This document shows, piece after piece, positions 1-11,408 of a stretch of DNA of 64,000 nt. Under the pieces are notes generated by a model. That model ran no database searches. It worked only from the letters and a program-made list of their open reading frames with translations, and had not been told where the DNA came from. Source of the DNA: an uncultured Alphaproteobacteria bacterium. GTDB lineage: Bacteria; Pseudomonadota; Alphaproteobacteria; Rhizobiales; Xanthobacteraceae. The DNA is taken from assembly GCA_963772235.1 (NCBI GenBank), contig CAVYWI010000026.1, positions 65,371 to 129,370 of the forward strand. Direction: 5' to 3'. Numbering within the stretch: the first letter of the stretch is position 1; the number at the start of each line of letters is the position of its first letter. Position numbers and translations under genes: made by a program.

Positions 1-107
1 AGCCAGTCGATATCGTCGTGGTAGCGGGCGACAAGCCGGTCGGTCTCGCCCTGCATGAACGCGTCGAGCATGCCCTCAAGCGCGGCGCGTGTCGTTTCTT
101 GCGTCAC
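1..107 (-). CDS. N-terminal part of a SnoaL/NTF2-like protein (runs off the window)
   Basis: Manual translation from GTG at 107: MTQETTRAALEGMLDAFMQGETDRLVARYHDDIDW, a typical NTF2-like N-terminus. Confidence 0.6.
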   Translation of the reverse strand, partial: MTQETTRAALEGMLDAFMQGETDRLVARYHDDIDW

Positions 108-398
108 TTGCGGTTCCCGCCCATGCTTCTGGGGCAAGCAGCCTAGCCCCCTGCCGCTCAGCCCCAGCCCAGAGTAGGCCAATACCCCTTGGCGGGGCCA
201 TTATTTTGCGTGACTTTTCAAATACATTCGTCTCGTCGCATATTTGCGCAGGGCGCCGCCACCACCCGCATGCGTCTGACGGGGGCCCGGCTCTCGCGTG
301 GCCCGAATTCTGCATGATTGTCGGCTGCCTCGCGTCATGCGCAGGCGCGCGTCATTTAAACAACGAACACCAAGACGGCGGATAGCAGAGTGGACACC

Positions 399-554
399 AT
401 GAAAGAGGGCAACGGCACCTTCGGCATCATCGTCGACGGCCTCGTCGCCTTGGCGGCGGTGATCTTTATCTTCGGCGGCGGCGAACTGGGCGGCAAAACG
501 GTGATCAACAGTGACCAGGACCTGCCGCCAATCGCGTCGGCCAATCGAAATTAA
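399..554 (+). CDS. Small single-TM hypothetical protein (51 aa)
   Basis: Manual translation MKEGNGTFGIIVDGLVALAAVIFIFGGGELGGKTVINSDQDLPPIASANRN; GC3-rich codons; below the ORF-track size cutoff. Confidence 0.6.
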   Translation: MKEGNGTFGIIVDGLVALAAVIFIFGGGELGGKTVINSDQDLPPIASANRN

Positions 555-573
555 TTCCGCATAAGTGGCGCGT

Positions 574-2051
574 TCACCACCAAGCTTGCGGCGCGAACCG
601 TCCCGCCGCCTGCTCGATCACGGCGCCGGCCGAGAACAGCGTCTCCTCGTCGAACGGCCGGCCGATCAATTGCAGGCCGAGCGGCAAGCCCTGGCTGTCC
701 AAGCCGGCCGGCACCGCGATGCCTGGTAGGCCCGCCATGTTCACTGTCACCGTGAACACGTCGTTCAGGTACATCTCGACCGGATCGGCCTGGCCCTTCT
801 CGCCCAGCCCGAACGCGGCGGACGGCGTCGCCGGCGTCAGCATGGCGTGCACGCCCGCCTTGAAGCAGTCCTCGAAGTCGCGCTTGATCAGCGTGCGCAC
901 CTTCTGCGCGCGCAGATAATAGGCATCGTAATAGCCGGCGGACAAAACATAGGTGCCGATCATTACGCGTCTGCGCACCTCGGCGCCAAAACCTTTGGCG
1001 CGGGTGCGCTCATACATGTCGGTGATGTCGCTCGCCTGCTCGCGCAGGCCGTAGCGCACGCCGTCGTAGCGAGCGAGATTGGACGAGGCTTCCGCCGGGG
1101 CGACGATGTAATAGGCGGGCAGTGCATATTTGGTGTGCGGCAGCGACACCTCGACCAACTCGGCGCCCGCGCCCTTGAGCCAGTCCATGCCCTGTTGCCA
1201 GATCTTTTCGATTTCCGCCGACATGCCGTCGAGCCGGTATTCCTTCGGAACGCCGATGCGCAGGCCCTTTATCGATTTGGCGGTAGCCGCTTCGTAGTCC
1301 GGCACCGGCAGATCGGCGCAGGTGGTGTCCTTGGCGTCGGGCCCGGCCATCGAGCGCAGCAGGATCGCGGCATCGCGCACCGTGCGTGCAAAGGGACCGG
1401 CCTGGTCGAGCGAGGACGCAAAGGCGACGATGCCCCAGCGCGAGCAGCGGCCGTAGGTCGGCTTGATGCCGACCGTGCCGGTGAAGGCCGCTGGTTGGCG
1501 GATCGAGCCGCCGGTGTCGGTGCCGGTCGCTCCCAGGCACAATTGCGCCGCCACCGCCGCGGCCGAGCCGCCGGATGAGCCGCCCGGCGTCAGCGGCGTG
1601 TTGGCGCCCTTCCGGCGCCACGGCGAGATCACCGGGCCGAAATGCGAGGTCTCGTTCGACGAGCCCATGGCGAACTCGTCGTTGTTGGTCTTGCCGAGCA
1701 GCACCGCGCCGTCGCGCCACAGATTGGCGGTCACGGTCGAACTCGTAGGTCGGCACAAAATTGTCGAGGATGTGCGAGCATGCGGTCGAGCGCACGCCTT
1801 CGGTGCAGAACATGTCCTTGATGGCGAGCGGAATGCCTTCCAGAGGCCCGGCTTTGCCCGCCGCGATGCGCGCGTCGGTCGCCTTGGCCATGGCGCTCGT
1901 GCGCTCCGGCGTCTCCAGCACATAGGCGTTGAGCGCGCGCGCCTTTTCGATGGCCGCGAGATGCGCGTCGGCCAATTCGACGCGCGGAGAAGGATTTCTT
2001 CTTCAGCCCGTCGCGCGCTTCCGCCAATGTGAGCGAATTCAAATCACTCAC
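574..2051 (-). CDS. gatA: Glu-tRNA(Gln) amidotransferase subunit A (two frameshifts, near 1980 and 1740, probably sequencing errors)
   Basis: Amidase signature [27 protein letters not shown]; N-terminus [16 protein letters not shown] lies in another frame; next to gatC. Confidence 0.95.
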
Positions 2052-2221
2052 GGCTTTTCACGACGTTGTTCGCGCTCATCCGCGGCGGGCTGCGGCGCCG
2101 TCTCGCCGTCGCCTGTATCGCAGGCAAAGCGCTTTGCCTGCTCGCGCAGAACCCGCTCTTGCTCCTCCGGCGGCAGCGCGTCGATCATGTTCCAGAAGTT
2201 GAGCTCACAGGCGATGCACAT
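2048..2221 (-). CDS. Small CxxC protein (57 aa) between gatC and gatA
   Basis: [57 protein letters not shown]; ATG directly follows the gatC stop and its TGA overlaps the gatA GTG. Confidence 0.75.
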   Translation of the reverse strand: MCIACELNFWNMIDALPPEEQERVLREQAKRFACDTGDGETAPQPAADEREQRREKP

Positions 2222-2509
2222 TTACTCGACCACCTTCGGCACCAGGAAGAAATGATCCTCGCTCGCTGGCGCATTCTTGACGATGTCCTCGGCGATGCCG
2301 CCGTCGGTGACGACGTCGGCGCGCTTTTTCATCGCCATCGGCGTCACCGAGGTCATCGGCTCGACGCCCTCGACGTTCACCTCCGGCAACTGCTCGACGA
2401 AGGCGAGCATGGCGTTGAGTTCGCCGCGCAGGTGCTCGACCTCGCTCTCGGCGACGGCGATGCGCGCCAGATGCGCGATGCGGCGGACGGTTTCGGCGTC
2501 GACGGACAT
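2222..2509 (-). CDS. gatC: Asp/Glu-tRNA amidotransferase subunit C
   Basis: [17 protein letters not shown]...FFLVPKVVE. Confidence 0.97.
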   Translation of the reverse strand: MSVDAETVRRIAHLARIAVAESEVEHLRGELNAMLAFVEQLPEVNVEGVEPMTSVTPMAMKKRADVVTDGGIAEDIVKNAPASEDHFFLVPKVVE

Positions 2510-2564
2510 CGGAACCTCAAAGGATGCAGCCGCGTATAGCAGACGGCCATTTAGTGTCGCAATG

Positions 2565-3542
2565 CTACGCCGCTTTGCGCTCGTGGTCCGGGCAGCGGTG
2601 CACCTCGATGGTCATGTGCGAGAGCCCGGCGATCCCCGCGAGCCGGTGCTTGTAGGCCGACGGCGCCTGCGGGTGATCCGACACCACCGCCGCGATCAGC
2701 CCGACATGGCCAGGCCCGAGCCGCCACAGATGCAGATCGCAGACGCGGTCGCCGTCGACCTCGAGATGCTTGCGGATATGGCCGGCAAGATGCCGGTCAG
2801 GCACCATGTCGAGCAGCACCGTGCCGGCAGTGCGCATCAGCCCAAACGACCAGCTTAAGATCACGGCGACGCCGACCAACGCCATCAACGGATCCATCCA
2901 CACCCAGCCGAAGATGAGGCCGCAGCTCAGTGCGACGATCGCCAGTACCGAGGTCATCGCGTCGGCAAGCACGTGCACATAAGCCGCGCGCAGATTGCTG
3001 TCGTGGCCGTGACGGTGATGGGCGTCGTGGTCGTGGTGATCGTGATGATGGTCGTCGTCGTGCGCATGGCTGTGATGATGATGGTCGCTGTCGAACAAAA
3101 GCCATGCGCTGGCGATGTTGACCGCCAGACCCACGACCGCCAGCGCGATCGCCTCGCGGAAATGGATGGTGATCGGCGCAGTGAGCCGCATCAGCGCTTC
3201 GTAGCCGATCGCCGCGGCGATCAGCGCCAGGATCACGGCGCTGCAAAACGCAGCGAGTTCCCCCATCTTGCCAGTGCCGAAGGTGAAGCGCGGGTCATGC
3301 GCGTGGCGGCGGGCGAAGCGGTAGGCGAGCGCGGCGATCGTCAGCGCGCCGGCATGGGTCGACATGTGCCAACCGTCGGCCACCACCGCCATCGAGCCGA
3401 ACAGGGTACCGCCGATAATCTCGGCCACCATCATCGCCGCGGTGAGCGCGACCACGAACCAGGTACGCCGCTCGTGCCGGTCGTGCTTGGCGCCCAGGAA
3501 GACGTGGCTGTGCTGCCAGGGCTCGATCGAATGGGTGTGCAT
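2565..3542 (-). CDS. dmeF: CDF family Co(II)/Ni(II) efflux transporter, DmeF-like
   Basis: [10 protein letters not shown], His-rich loop, [24 protein letters not shown]; start placed at [11 protein letters not shown]. Confidence 0.88.
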   Translation of the reverse strand: MHTHSIEPWQHSHVFLGAKHDRHERRTWFVVALTAAMMVAEIIGGTLFGSMAVVADGWHMSTHAGALTIAALAYRFARRHAHDPRFTFGTGKMGELAAFCSAVILALIAAAIGYEALMRLTAPITIHFREAIALAVVGLAVNIASAWLLFDSDHHHHSHAHDDDHHHDHHDHDAHHRHGHDSNLRAAYVHVLADAMTSVLAIVALSCGLIFGWVWMDPLMALVGVAVILSWSFGLMRTAGTVLLDMVPDRHLAGHIRKHLEVDGDRVCDLHLWRLGPGHVGLIAAVVSDHPQAPSAYKHRLAGIAGLSHMTIEVHRCPDHERKAA

Positions 3543-3733
3543 GGGAAGCCTCTTGTTGCGGTCCGTATAGCGAGTCGCCCCACAGATAAAGCCATGCCGG
3601 CCGAGCGCAACCTCTAGGACTGCAGTCACAATGGCGCGAGGTCCTGTTGCCCACGTGCCATTCCCCCTTGTAGCGCATCCCACGGCAAATGGCGTTGGCT
3701 TGGCGCAAGCGCCAGACAAGGTACGATGGTAGG

Positions 3734-4624
3734 ATGAGCCCGGCACGCACCCATGACCGCTACCCCTATTCGCCCATCACCGCACGCCCGGCCTACGACT
3801 GGCCCGACGGCAAACGGCTGGCGGTCTATGTCGCGCCTCAATCTCGAGTGGTTCTCGTTCGGCGAAGGACTCGGCGCCGAACTTGGCGCCCGGCGGGCCG
3901 CAGCCGGACGTGCTCAATTACGCTTGGCGCGACTATGGCAACCGCGTCGGCGTGTTCCGCCTGGCCGATCTGTTCGGCGAACTGAAGCTGCCGGTGTCGC
4001 TCCTGGTCAATGCCGACATGTATACGCACGCGCCGCAGGCCGTGGCGGCCTTTCCCGGCGCCGAGATCGTCGGCCACGGTCGCACGCAATTCCGAGCGCC
4101 AGGGCACGCTGAGCGAAGACGATGAGCGCGCGTTGATCGCGGAGACCACAGCGGCGATCGAGAAACACTCAGGCGCCCGTCCGCGCGGCTGGCTCGGGCC
4201 CTGGATCTCGCAATCGCACGCTCACGCCCGATCTGCTGCAGGAGGCCGGCTACACGTACCTGCTCGACTGGTGCCATGACGACCAGCCGACCTGGATGAA
4301 GACGCGCAAGGGCCGCATCCTCTCGGTCCCCTACCCGCAGGAACTCAACGATATTCCGCAGATCGTCGCGCGCAAGCGCGAGGGCGCCGACTTCGCCGAC
4401 ATGATCGTCGATGCCTTCGATGTGCTGCACGGCGAATGCGCCAAGCGCCCGCTGGTGATGGGCATCGCGCTGCACCCCTACATCGTCGGCCAGCCGCACC
4501 GCTTCAAGCATCTGGCGCGCGCGCTCAGGCACATCTCGGGCGCGCCGACGACAAAGTCTGGTTTACCACCTCGGGCGCCATCGCCGCGCATGCCGCCGCG
4601 CTGCCCGATGGTATGGTGCCCTGA
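3734..4624 (+). CDS. Polysaccharide deacetylase family protein (PuuE/allantoinase-like), several frameshifts
   Basis: WPDGKRLAVYV, NYAWRDYGNRVG, PRGWLGPW, PYPQELND and MGIALHPYIVGQPHR motifs spread over several frames. Confidence 0.85.
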
Positions 4625-5098
4625 ATGCCGGTTATTTTGCCCCTGATCGAAGCCGCCGCGCACCTGCCCGAACGCGGGTCGCTGATCGGACTCGACCTCG
4701 GAACCAAAACTATCGGCGTGGCGTCGAGCGATCCCGATCGCAGGCTGGCAACCGGCGTCGAGACGATCGCGCGCACGACTTTCACCGCCGATGCCCGCCG
4801 ACTGCTGGCGCTCGCCGCCGAGCGCAACGCCATCGGCTTCGTGCTTGGCCTGCCCATCAACATGGACGGCTCGGAAGGCCCGCGCGCGCAATCGACCCGC
4901 GCCTTCGCGCGCAATTTCGCCAAGCTCACCGACCTGCCGATCGCGTTCTGGGACGAGCGGCTATCCACCGCCGCGGTCGAACGCGAATTGATCGGCCATG
5001 ACGTCAGCCGCAAGAAACGCGCCGCAGTGATCGATCAGCATGCCGCCATGTATATCCTGCAAGGCGCGCTCGACCGCCTCGCGCGCCTCAAAGCATAG
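4625..5098 (+). CDS. ruvX: Holliday junction resolvase-like protein RuvX/YqgF
   Basis: GLDLGTKTIGVA, GLPINMDGSEGPR, WDERLST motifs. Confidence 0.95.
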   Translation: MPVILPLIEAAAHLPERGSLIGLDLGTKTIGVASSDPDRRLATGVETIARTTFTADARRLLALAAERNAIGFVLGLPINMDGSEGPRAQSTRAFARNFAKLTDLPIAFWDERLSTAAVERELIGHDVSRKKRAAVIDQHAAMYILQGALDRLARLKA

Positions 5099-5105
5099 CG
5101 CATGC

Positions 5106-5130
5106 AAAAAGGCGGGCCACGCGGCCCGCC
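5106..5130 (-). terminator. Intrinsic terminator
   Basis: GGCGGGCC-acgc-GGCCCGCC hairpin with a T-tract on the minus strand, between convergent genes. Confidence 0.65.
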
Positions 5131-5153
5131 CGATTAGTCCCATCGCGTATTAG

Positions 5154-5501
5154 TTAGTTACACGAACCGAAGTTCGTGGAAGCCGGCGACGTTCCGCAGC
5201 TGCTGTTGCTGCCACGGTAGGACGACCCGCCGTAGTAGCGCGGCGCAGGCCCGTAATATGCCGGCCCCGGCGCGTAAGCGTAGCTGTCTTCATACCCGTA
5301 TCCAGGCCCATAATAGCCCGGGCCGTAATAGCCGTAGCCGCCATTGGCTACAGCCGCGCCAATCGCTGCGCCGGCGACGAATCCGCCGAGCGCGGCGCCA
5401 CCGCCGTGGCGCCAATGACGCGCCTGGCTCGGGGTCGCAGCGGCGAGCGCAAGCGCGCCGGTAAAGACCGCGGCTGCGGCAAATTTCGAAATCCTTGTCA
5501 T
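5154..5501 (-). CDS. Secreted Gly/Tyr-rich hypothetical protein
   Basis: Signal peptide (…ATPSQA), GAAIGAAVA segment, YYGPGY repeats; GGAG RBS upstream. Confidence 0.75.
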   Translation of the reverse strand: MTRISKFAAAAVFTGALALAAATPSQARHWRHGGGAALGGFVAGAAIGAAVANGGYGYYGPGYYGPGYGYEDSYAYAPGPAYYGPAPRYYGGSSYRGSNSSCGTSPASTNFGSCN

Positions 5502-5744
5502 GGTTCATCTCCGTTTCTGTTCGTTCCTTCGCCCTGCATGCGGGCGTTCCTCCGGTTTTTCGTCGTTGACGGTCCCGCCGCAGCGAAATCGGTTCCGGCG
5601 ACGTCGCCGCCGGACGCACAGGCTCAACACCTCCCGTCGCCGCACGTTCCGTTAACTGTTGCCCATGCGGTAACGCTTCTGTGTGGACCGTTCCGTCTCC
5701 GGCCCTTGCCGGGAACCTTGGTTCCGCCTATAGCAATCGCTTTA

Positions 5745-6698
5745 ATGAACATGGCGCCGAAATCCTCGTTCGTCCTCAACCAACGGCATCTGTTGGGGAT
5801 CGAAGGACTTTCACACGAGGAGATTTCCGGTCTGCTCGATCTCGGCGAGGAATTCGTCGAACTCAATCGCCAGGTCGAAAAGAAACGCACCTCGCTGCGT
5901 GGCCGCACGCAGATCAACATGTTCTTCGAAGTTTCCACCCGGACCCAGTCGTCGTTCGAACTAGCCGGAAAGCGGCTCGGCGCCGACGTGATGAACATGT
6001 CGACTGCCTCCTCCTCCATGCGCAAGGGCGAGACGCTGATCGACACCGCGATCACGCTCAACGCCATGCACCCTGATATCCTGGTCGTGCGCCACCAATC
6101 CTCCGGCGCGGTCGAACTGCTGGCGAGCAAGCTCGACTGCTCGGTGATCAATGCCGGCGATGGCTCGCATGAGCACCCGACGCAAGCGCTGCTCGATGCG
6201 CTGACCATCCGCCGCAACAAAGGCCGCATCGAAGGCCTGCTGGTGGCGATCTGCGGCGACATTCTTCATTCGCGCGTTGCCCGCTCCAACATCATCCTGC
6301 TCAACGCCATGGGCGCCCGCGTGCGCGTGGTCGCGCCCTCCACGTTGCTGCCCCCCGGCATCGAGCACTTCGGCGTCGAAGTCGCGCGCGACATGCGCGA
6401 GGGCCTCAACGGCGCCGATATCGTGATGATGCTGCGGCTGCAGCGCGAACGCATGCACGGTTCCTACGTGCCGTCGATCTCGGAATATTTCCACTTTTAC
6501 GGCCTCGACGAAAAAAAACTCAGCTACGCCAAGCCCGGCGCGCTGGTCATGCATCCGGGGCCGATGAACCGCGGCGTCGAGATCGACTCCATCGTCGCCG
6601 ACGGCGCGCAGTCGCTGATCCGTGAACAGGTCGAAATGGGCGTGGCCATCCGCATGGCCGTGCTGGAAGCTTTGTCGCGTAACCTGCCGAACGCCTGA
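5745..6698 (+). CDS. pyrB: Aspartate carbamoyltransferase catalytic subunit
   Basis: [30 protein letters not shown]. Confidence 0.97.
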   Translation: MNMAPKSSFVLNQRHLLGIEGLSHEEISGLLDLGEEFVELNRQVEKKRTSLRGRTQINMFFEVSTRTQSSFELAGKRLGADVMNMSTASSSMRKGETLIDTAITLNAMHPDILVVRHQSSGAVELLASKLDCSVINAGDGSHEHPTQALLDALTIRRNKGRIEGLLVAICGDILHSRVARSNIILLNAMGARVRVVAPSTLLPPGIEHFGVEVARDMREGLNGADIVMMLRLQRERMHGSYVPSISEYFHFYGLDEKKLSYAKPGALVMHPGPMNRGVEIDSIVADGAQSLIREQVEMGVAIRMAVLEALSRNLPNA

Positions 6699-6712
6699 CA
6701 TGAAGTTGCAAA

Positions 6713-8014
6713 ATGTTGTCTGACCGCCGCCCGATCCTGCTCGCCAACGCCCGGATCGTCGATCCGTCGCGCGACTTCGATATCGTTGGCGACCTGCTGA
6801 TCGCCGACGGTCTTATCCGCGAAGCCAAGAAGGGCATCGGCGCCGGCGGCGTGCCAGAAGGAACCGACGTGGTCGATTGCCGCGGCAAGCTGGTCGCGCC
6901 GGGCCTCATCGATATGCGGGCCTTCGTCGGCGAGCCCGGCGCCGGCCATCGCGAGACGCTGGCCTCCGCGAGCCAAGCGGCCGCGGCCGGCGGCGTCACC
7001 ACCATCGTCTGCCAGCCGAACACGTCGCCGGTCATCGACGACCCGGCGACGGTGGATTTCGTGCTGCGCCGCGCGCGCGACACCGCGATCGTGCATGTGC
7101 ATCCGATGGCGGCGCTGACCAAAGGGCTCGAAGGCAAGGAGATGACCGAGATCGGCCTGCTCAAGGCGGCCGGCGCGGTCGCCTTCACCGACGGCGACAA
7201 GAGCGTGACGAATGCCCAGGTGATGCGCCGCGCGCTGACGTATGCCGGCGATTTCGACGCGCTGATCGTGCATCACACCGAGGATCCGGATCTCGTCGGC
7301 GACGGCGTGATGAACGAAGGCGAGTTCGGCGCGCGTCTCGGCCTGCTCGGCATTCCCAAAGCGGCGGAAACGGTGATGCTCGAGCGCGACATTCGCCTGG
7401 TCGCGTTGTCGGGCGGGCGCTATCACGCCGCTTCCGTGACTTGCGCAGAATCGCTCGAGGTGCTGCGCCGCGCCAAGGAGGCGGGCCTCGACGTTACCGC
7501 CTCCTGCTCGATCAATCACATCACGCTCAACGAAAACGACATCGGGCCCTACCGCACCTTCCTGAAACTTTCGCCGCCACTGCGCGCCGAGGACGACCGT
7601 AAGCTGTTGATCGCCGCGGTCGCGAACGGGCTCGTCGACATGGTGATGTCGGACCACAATCCGCAGGATGTCGAGACCAAACGGCTGCCCTTCGCGGAAG
7701 CAGCCCCCGGCGCGATCGGGCTTGAGACCATGCTGATCGCCGGCCTGCGTCTTGTGCATTCCGGCGAAATCGAATTGGTGACCTTGCTGCGCGCCATGTC
7801 GACGCGGCCAGCCGATCTGCTCGGCCTGCCCGGCGGCACGCTCAAGAACGGCGCACCGGCCGACGTCATTGTTGTCGATCTTGATCTGCCGTGGGTGCTC
7901 GATCCGGCCGAGCTCAAGTCGAAATGCAAGAACACGCCGTTCGATGAAGCCAAATTGACCGGCCGCGTCGTGCGCACCATCGTCGCCGGCCGCACGGTCT
8001 ACGAATACGTATGA
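6713..8014 (+). CDS. pyrC: Dihydroorotase (PyrC/PyrX-type)
   Basis: PGLIDM, KLSPPLR, SDHNP, KNTPF; follows pyrB. Confidence 0.93.
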   Translation: MLSDRRPILLANARIVDPSRDFDIVGDLLIADGLIREAKKGIGAGGVPEGTDVVDCRGKLVAPGLIDMRAFVGEPGAGHRETLASASQAAAAGGVTTIVCQPNTSPVIDDPATVDFVLRRARDTAIVHVHPMAALTKGLEGKEMTEIGLLKAAGAVAFTDGDKSVTNAQVMRRALTYAGDFDALIVHHTEDPDLVGDGVMNEGEFGARLGLLGIPKAAETVMLERDIRLVALSGGRYHAASVTCAESLEVLRRAKEAGLDVTASCSINHITLNENDIGPYRTFLKLSPPLRAEDDRKLLIAAVANGLVDMVMSDHNPQDVETKRLPFAEAAPGAIGLETMLIAGLRLVHSGEIELVTLLRAMSTRPADLLGLPGGTLKNGAPADVIVVDLDLPWVLDPAELKSKCKNTPFDEAKLTGRVVRTIVAGRTVYEYV

Positions 8015-8613
8015 TCCCGGCCCTCGCCTTCGCGGTCGGCTATCTGCTCGGCTCGATCCCGTTCGGGCTGATCCTGACGCGCGCGACCGGTGGGCCCGAC
8101 GTGCGCACCATCGGCTCGGGCAATATCGGCGCCACCAATGTGCTGCGTACCGGCCGTAGGGGCCTCGCCGCGGCGACCTTGCTGTGCGATGCGCTCAAGG
8201 GCACGGCCGCGGTTTTGCTCGCGACGCATTATGCGACGCCCGATGCCGCGCTCGCCGCCGCGCTCGGCGCGTTTCTCGGGCATCTGTTTCCGGTGTGGCT
8301 GAAGTTCAAAGGCGGCAAAGGCGTCGCCGTCTATATTGGCGTGTTGATCGGGCTCTATTGGCCGGGCGCGCTGATCTTCTGCGCCATCTGGCTCGGCGTT
8401 GCCGCGCTGAGCCGTTACTCCTCGCTCGCCGCGCTGATTACCAGCGCAGTAACGCCGCTGGCGCTATGGCTATTGGGCCAACGGAATGCCGCCGCTCTAT
8501 TCCTTCTGCTCAGCGCCCTGCTCTGGGTGATGCACCGCGCCAACATCGCCCGCCTTCTGAACGGCAGCGAAGGCAAGATCGGGTCAAAATCCACGCCCGC
8601 CGCCCGACCCTAG
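8011..8613 (+). CDS. plsY: Glycerol-3-phosphate acyltransferase
   Basis: [37 protein letters not shown]. Confidence 0.96.
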   Translation: MIPALAFAVGYLLGSIPFGLILTRATGGPDVRTIGSGNIGATNVLRTGRRGLAAATLLCDALKGTAAVLLATHYATPDAALAAALGAFLGHLFPVWLKFKGGKGVAVYIGVLIGLYWPGALIFCAIWLGVAALSRYSSLAALITSAVTPLALWLLGQRNAAALFLLLSALLWVMHRANIARLLNGSEGKIGSKSTPAARP

Positions 8614-8688
8614 GTTGCAGTCCGGTAAATCAGGTTGTAGTGCGCCGCGCCTTAAGCGATGCTCAGCCCGTATGACCGGGGGGCGGCA

Positions 8689-10184
8689 TTGGGCGAACGG
8701 GTTCGACTGAGCGAGGAGCAGCGACTCGATTGGTTGCGCCTCATCCGCACCGAAAATATCCGCGGCGATTGTCCTCTCTCCATGCGGCTCTTGGGCGTAC
8801 GCAGGATGAATCGTGCTAGATGATGGTGGTGGCCGATCTCGGCGCGGCGCATACGGCTGAAAAACTCTTCAGCAAATTCGTGCAAGCGCCGTCGAGGCTG
8901 TAAGCCTCTCGTGGTTGATCGCTTCATTTCAAACCGGGCATGGAGATCGTTCAGTTCGGGCTTTCGTCGGCGTTTACGATGGTGCCGGAGCTATGCGAGA
9001 GCGGATAAACGCTAACGCTTTCTTTTCGGACTTGAATACGGCGGCACTGTGTTGCCGCCACGCTCACGACTACGATGACGCCTTGCGCTTGCCTGACTGA
9101 TTTTCAGCGAAGCGACGTCGCGCGAGCGCAGTTGCCCGCCGGTCCGCGCACCTTCCGCGACCTGATCAATCACTATGGCGGCGCGCGCGCGGCGCTCACA
9201 GCCTTGCCGGCTCTCGCCCGGCGCGGCGGCGCGACGGCCCCCGCACGCATCTGCTCGCGTGAGGGCGCCGAGGCCGAATTGAAAGCCGCGCGAGCCCGCG
9301 GCATCGAATTGGTCGGGCTCGGCGAGCCGGACTATCCGCAACGATTGCAGATGATCGACGATGCGCCGCCGCTGCTGGCGGTGCGCGGCAAACTTGCCGC
9401 TCTGGCGCGGCCTCTGGTCGCCATCGTCGGCTCGCGCAATGCCTCGGCGGCCGGCGTCAAATTCGCCGAGCGCCTGGCGCGCGATCTGGGTGCAGCCGGT
9501 TTCGGCACGGTGTCGGGGCTGGCGCGCGGCATCGATGCCGCCGCCCATCGCGCCAGCCTTGCAACCGGCACTGTCGCGGTCCTGGCCGGCGGGCATGAGA
9601 AAATCTATCCGGCCGAACATGGCGATTTGCTGGAGCAGATTCTCGTCGAAGGCGCCGCCATCTCGGAAATGCCGCTCGCCTGGGAACCGCGTGCGCGCGA
9701 CTTCCCGCGCCGCAACCGGCTGATCTCGGGACTGTCCGTCGGCGTGGTGATCGTGGAGGCGGCGCGCCGCTCCGGATCGCTGATCACCGCGCGGCTTGCC
9801 GGCGAACAGGGCCGTGAGGTCTTCGCGGTGCCCGGCTCGCCGCTCGATCCGCGCGCGGAAGGGACCAACGGCCTGCTCAAGCAGGGCGCGACATTGGTCA
9901 CCGAGGCCGCCGACGTGATCGCCGTGCTGGAACCAATCTTGGGGCGCGGCTTCGACCTGCCGGCGCAGGAGCCTTCGCACGATGTTCCAGGCCCGGCCGA
10001 TGCCGAACCCGGCGACGACGAACGCGCCCGCATTGTCGACTTGCTCGGGCCGACGCCGGTTTCGATCGACGATCTGGTGCGCCTATCAAGGACTTCGCCG
10101 GCGATCGTGCGAACGGTGCTGCTGGAACTCGAAATCGCCGGCCGGCTGGAGCGCCACGGCGGCAGTCTGGTGTCGCTGCTATAA
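8689..10184 (+). CDS. dprA: DNA-processing protein DprA, interrupted after codon 24 by a 380-bp insert
   Basis: 8689-8760 encodes [24 protein letters not shown] and 9141 onward continues [14 protein letters not shown]; [29 protein letters not shown] motifs. Confidence 0.92.
8761..9140 (-). mobile_element. Degenerate internal fragment of an IS1595-family DDE transposase inserted in dprA
   Basis: Minus strand gives broken segments [79 protein letters not shown]; many single-base deletions; no TIR or TSD visible. Confidence 0.8.
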
Positions 10185-10220
10185 GATACGATTCGAATCG
10201 TAACCGATCGGATCGTACGA

Positions 10221-11402
10221 ATGCTCCGGAACTTAGTCTTCTTCTCCGTCATCTTCGCGTTGTGCTGCGTGCCGGCGCGCGCGCAGGAGCAATCCTTTGC
10301 CGCCTTCGAAGCCGCGCTGTGGCCGGACGCCCAGGCCAAGGGCATTACGCGCGCTACCTTTGATCTCGCGCTCAAAGGCGTGACCCCCGATCAGCGCGTG
10401 ATCGCGGCCACCAAGCGGCAGCCAGAATACGGCAAGCCGGTCGGCGCCTATGTCAACGATCTCGCGTCGCGCGGGCGCATTGCCAACGGCCAGCGCAAAG
10501 CCAAGGAATGGGCGAAGACTTTCGACGCGGTGGAAAAGAAATTCGGCGTCGAGCGCTGGGTCATGGTTGCGCTGTGGGGCGTCGAAACCGACTACGGCGC
10601 CGAGAAGGATCACTGGGATGTGTTCCGCTCGCTGGCGACGCTCGCTTACGTCGGCTACCGCGATCCGTACTTCCGCAACGAGTTGATCGTCGCGATGCGC
10701 ATCATGCAGGACAACCATTTTGGCCGCGACAAGATGGTCAGTTCATGGGCCGGCGCCATGGGGCAGACCCAGTTCATGCCGAGCAACGTCGTCGACTACG
10801 CCATCGATTTCTCCGGCGACGGGAAGAGCGACCTGTGGAGCAATGTGCCGGACGTACTGGCTTCCACCGCCAATTATCTCGCCAAAGAGCATTGGAAACA
10901 CGGCCTGCCTTGGGGCTTTGAGGTCACGGTGCCGAAAGGCTTCGACTACCGGAAGAGCCGCGGCAGCTTCGCGGACTGGAAGAAGCTCGGCGTCCGCCGC
11001 GCCGACGGCAAGCCGTTCCCGCCGACGGGCCCAAGCATATTGTTTTTTCCGAGCGGCGCCAGCGGCCCTGCCTTCTTGACGACAGAGAACTATCCGGCGC
11101 TCAAGGAATACAACAACTCCGATGCCTATGTGATCGCGGTCGGCCATCTCGCCGACCGCATGAATGGCGGACCGCCGATCAAGGCGGCATGGCCTGTCGA
11201 CGACCATCCGATTTCGCGCGACGCCCGCATCGCCTTGCAGAAGAAACTCGCCGCGCTCGGCTACAAGGTCAACGACTTCGAAGGACACATCGACTTCGAC
11301 CTACGCGACAATATCCGCGCCGAGCAGGTCAAGCTCGGCATGCTGCCGGATGGCAATCCGACCGCGGCGTTTATCGAACGGCTTGGTGTGAAGGTGCCGT
11401 GA
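10221..11402 (+). CDS. Lytic murein transglycosylase (MltB/SLT_2 family)
   Basis: ALWGVETDYG, SWAGAMGQTQFMPS, YNNSDAY; signal peptide; C-terminal peptidoglycan-binding domain. Confidence 0.92.
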   Translation: MLRNLVFFSVIFALCCVPARAQEQSFAAFEAALWPDAQAKGITRATFDLALKGVTPDQRVIAATKRQPEYGKPVGAYVNDLASRGRIANGQRKAKEWAKTFDAVEKKFGVERWVMVALWGVETDYGAEKDHWDVFRSLATLAYVGYRDPYFRNELIVAMRIMQDNHFGRDKMVSSWAGAMGQTQFMPSNVVDYAIDFSGDGKSDLWSNVPDVLASTANYLAKEHWKHGLPWGFEVTVPKGFDYRKSRGSFADWKKLGVRRADGKPFPPTGPSILFFPSGASGPAFLTTENYPALKEYNNSDAYVIAVGHLADRMNGGPPIKAAWPVDDHPISRDARIALQKKLAALGYKVNDFEGHIDFDLRDNIRAEQVKLGMLPDGNPTAAFIERLGVKVP

Positions 11403-11408
11403 TCGTGC

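Noticed and set aside
3000-3090. Short tandem CAY/GAY-rich repeats
   Set aside because: They encode the His/Asp-rich metal-binding loop of DmeF; not a CRISPR array or VNTR
5560-5600. GGAAC on the minus strand upstream of the 5154-5501 gene as an EcfG promoter
   Set aside because: No CGTT at 16-17 nt spacing
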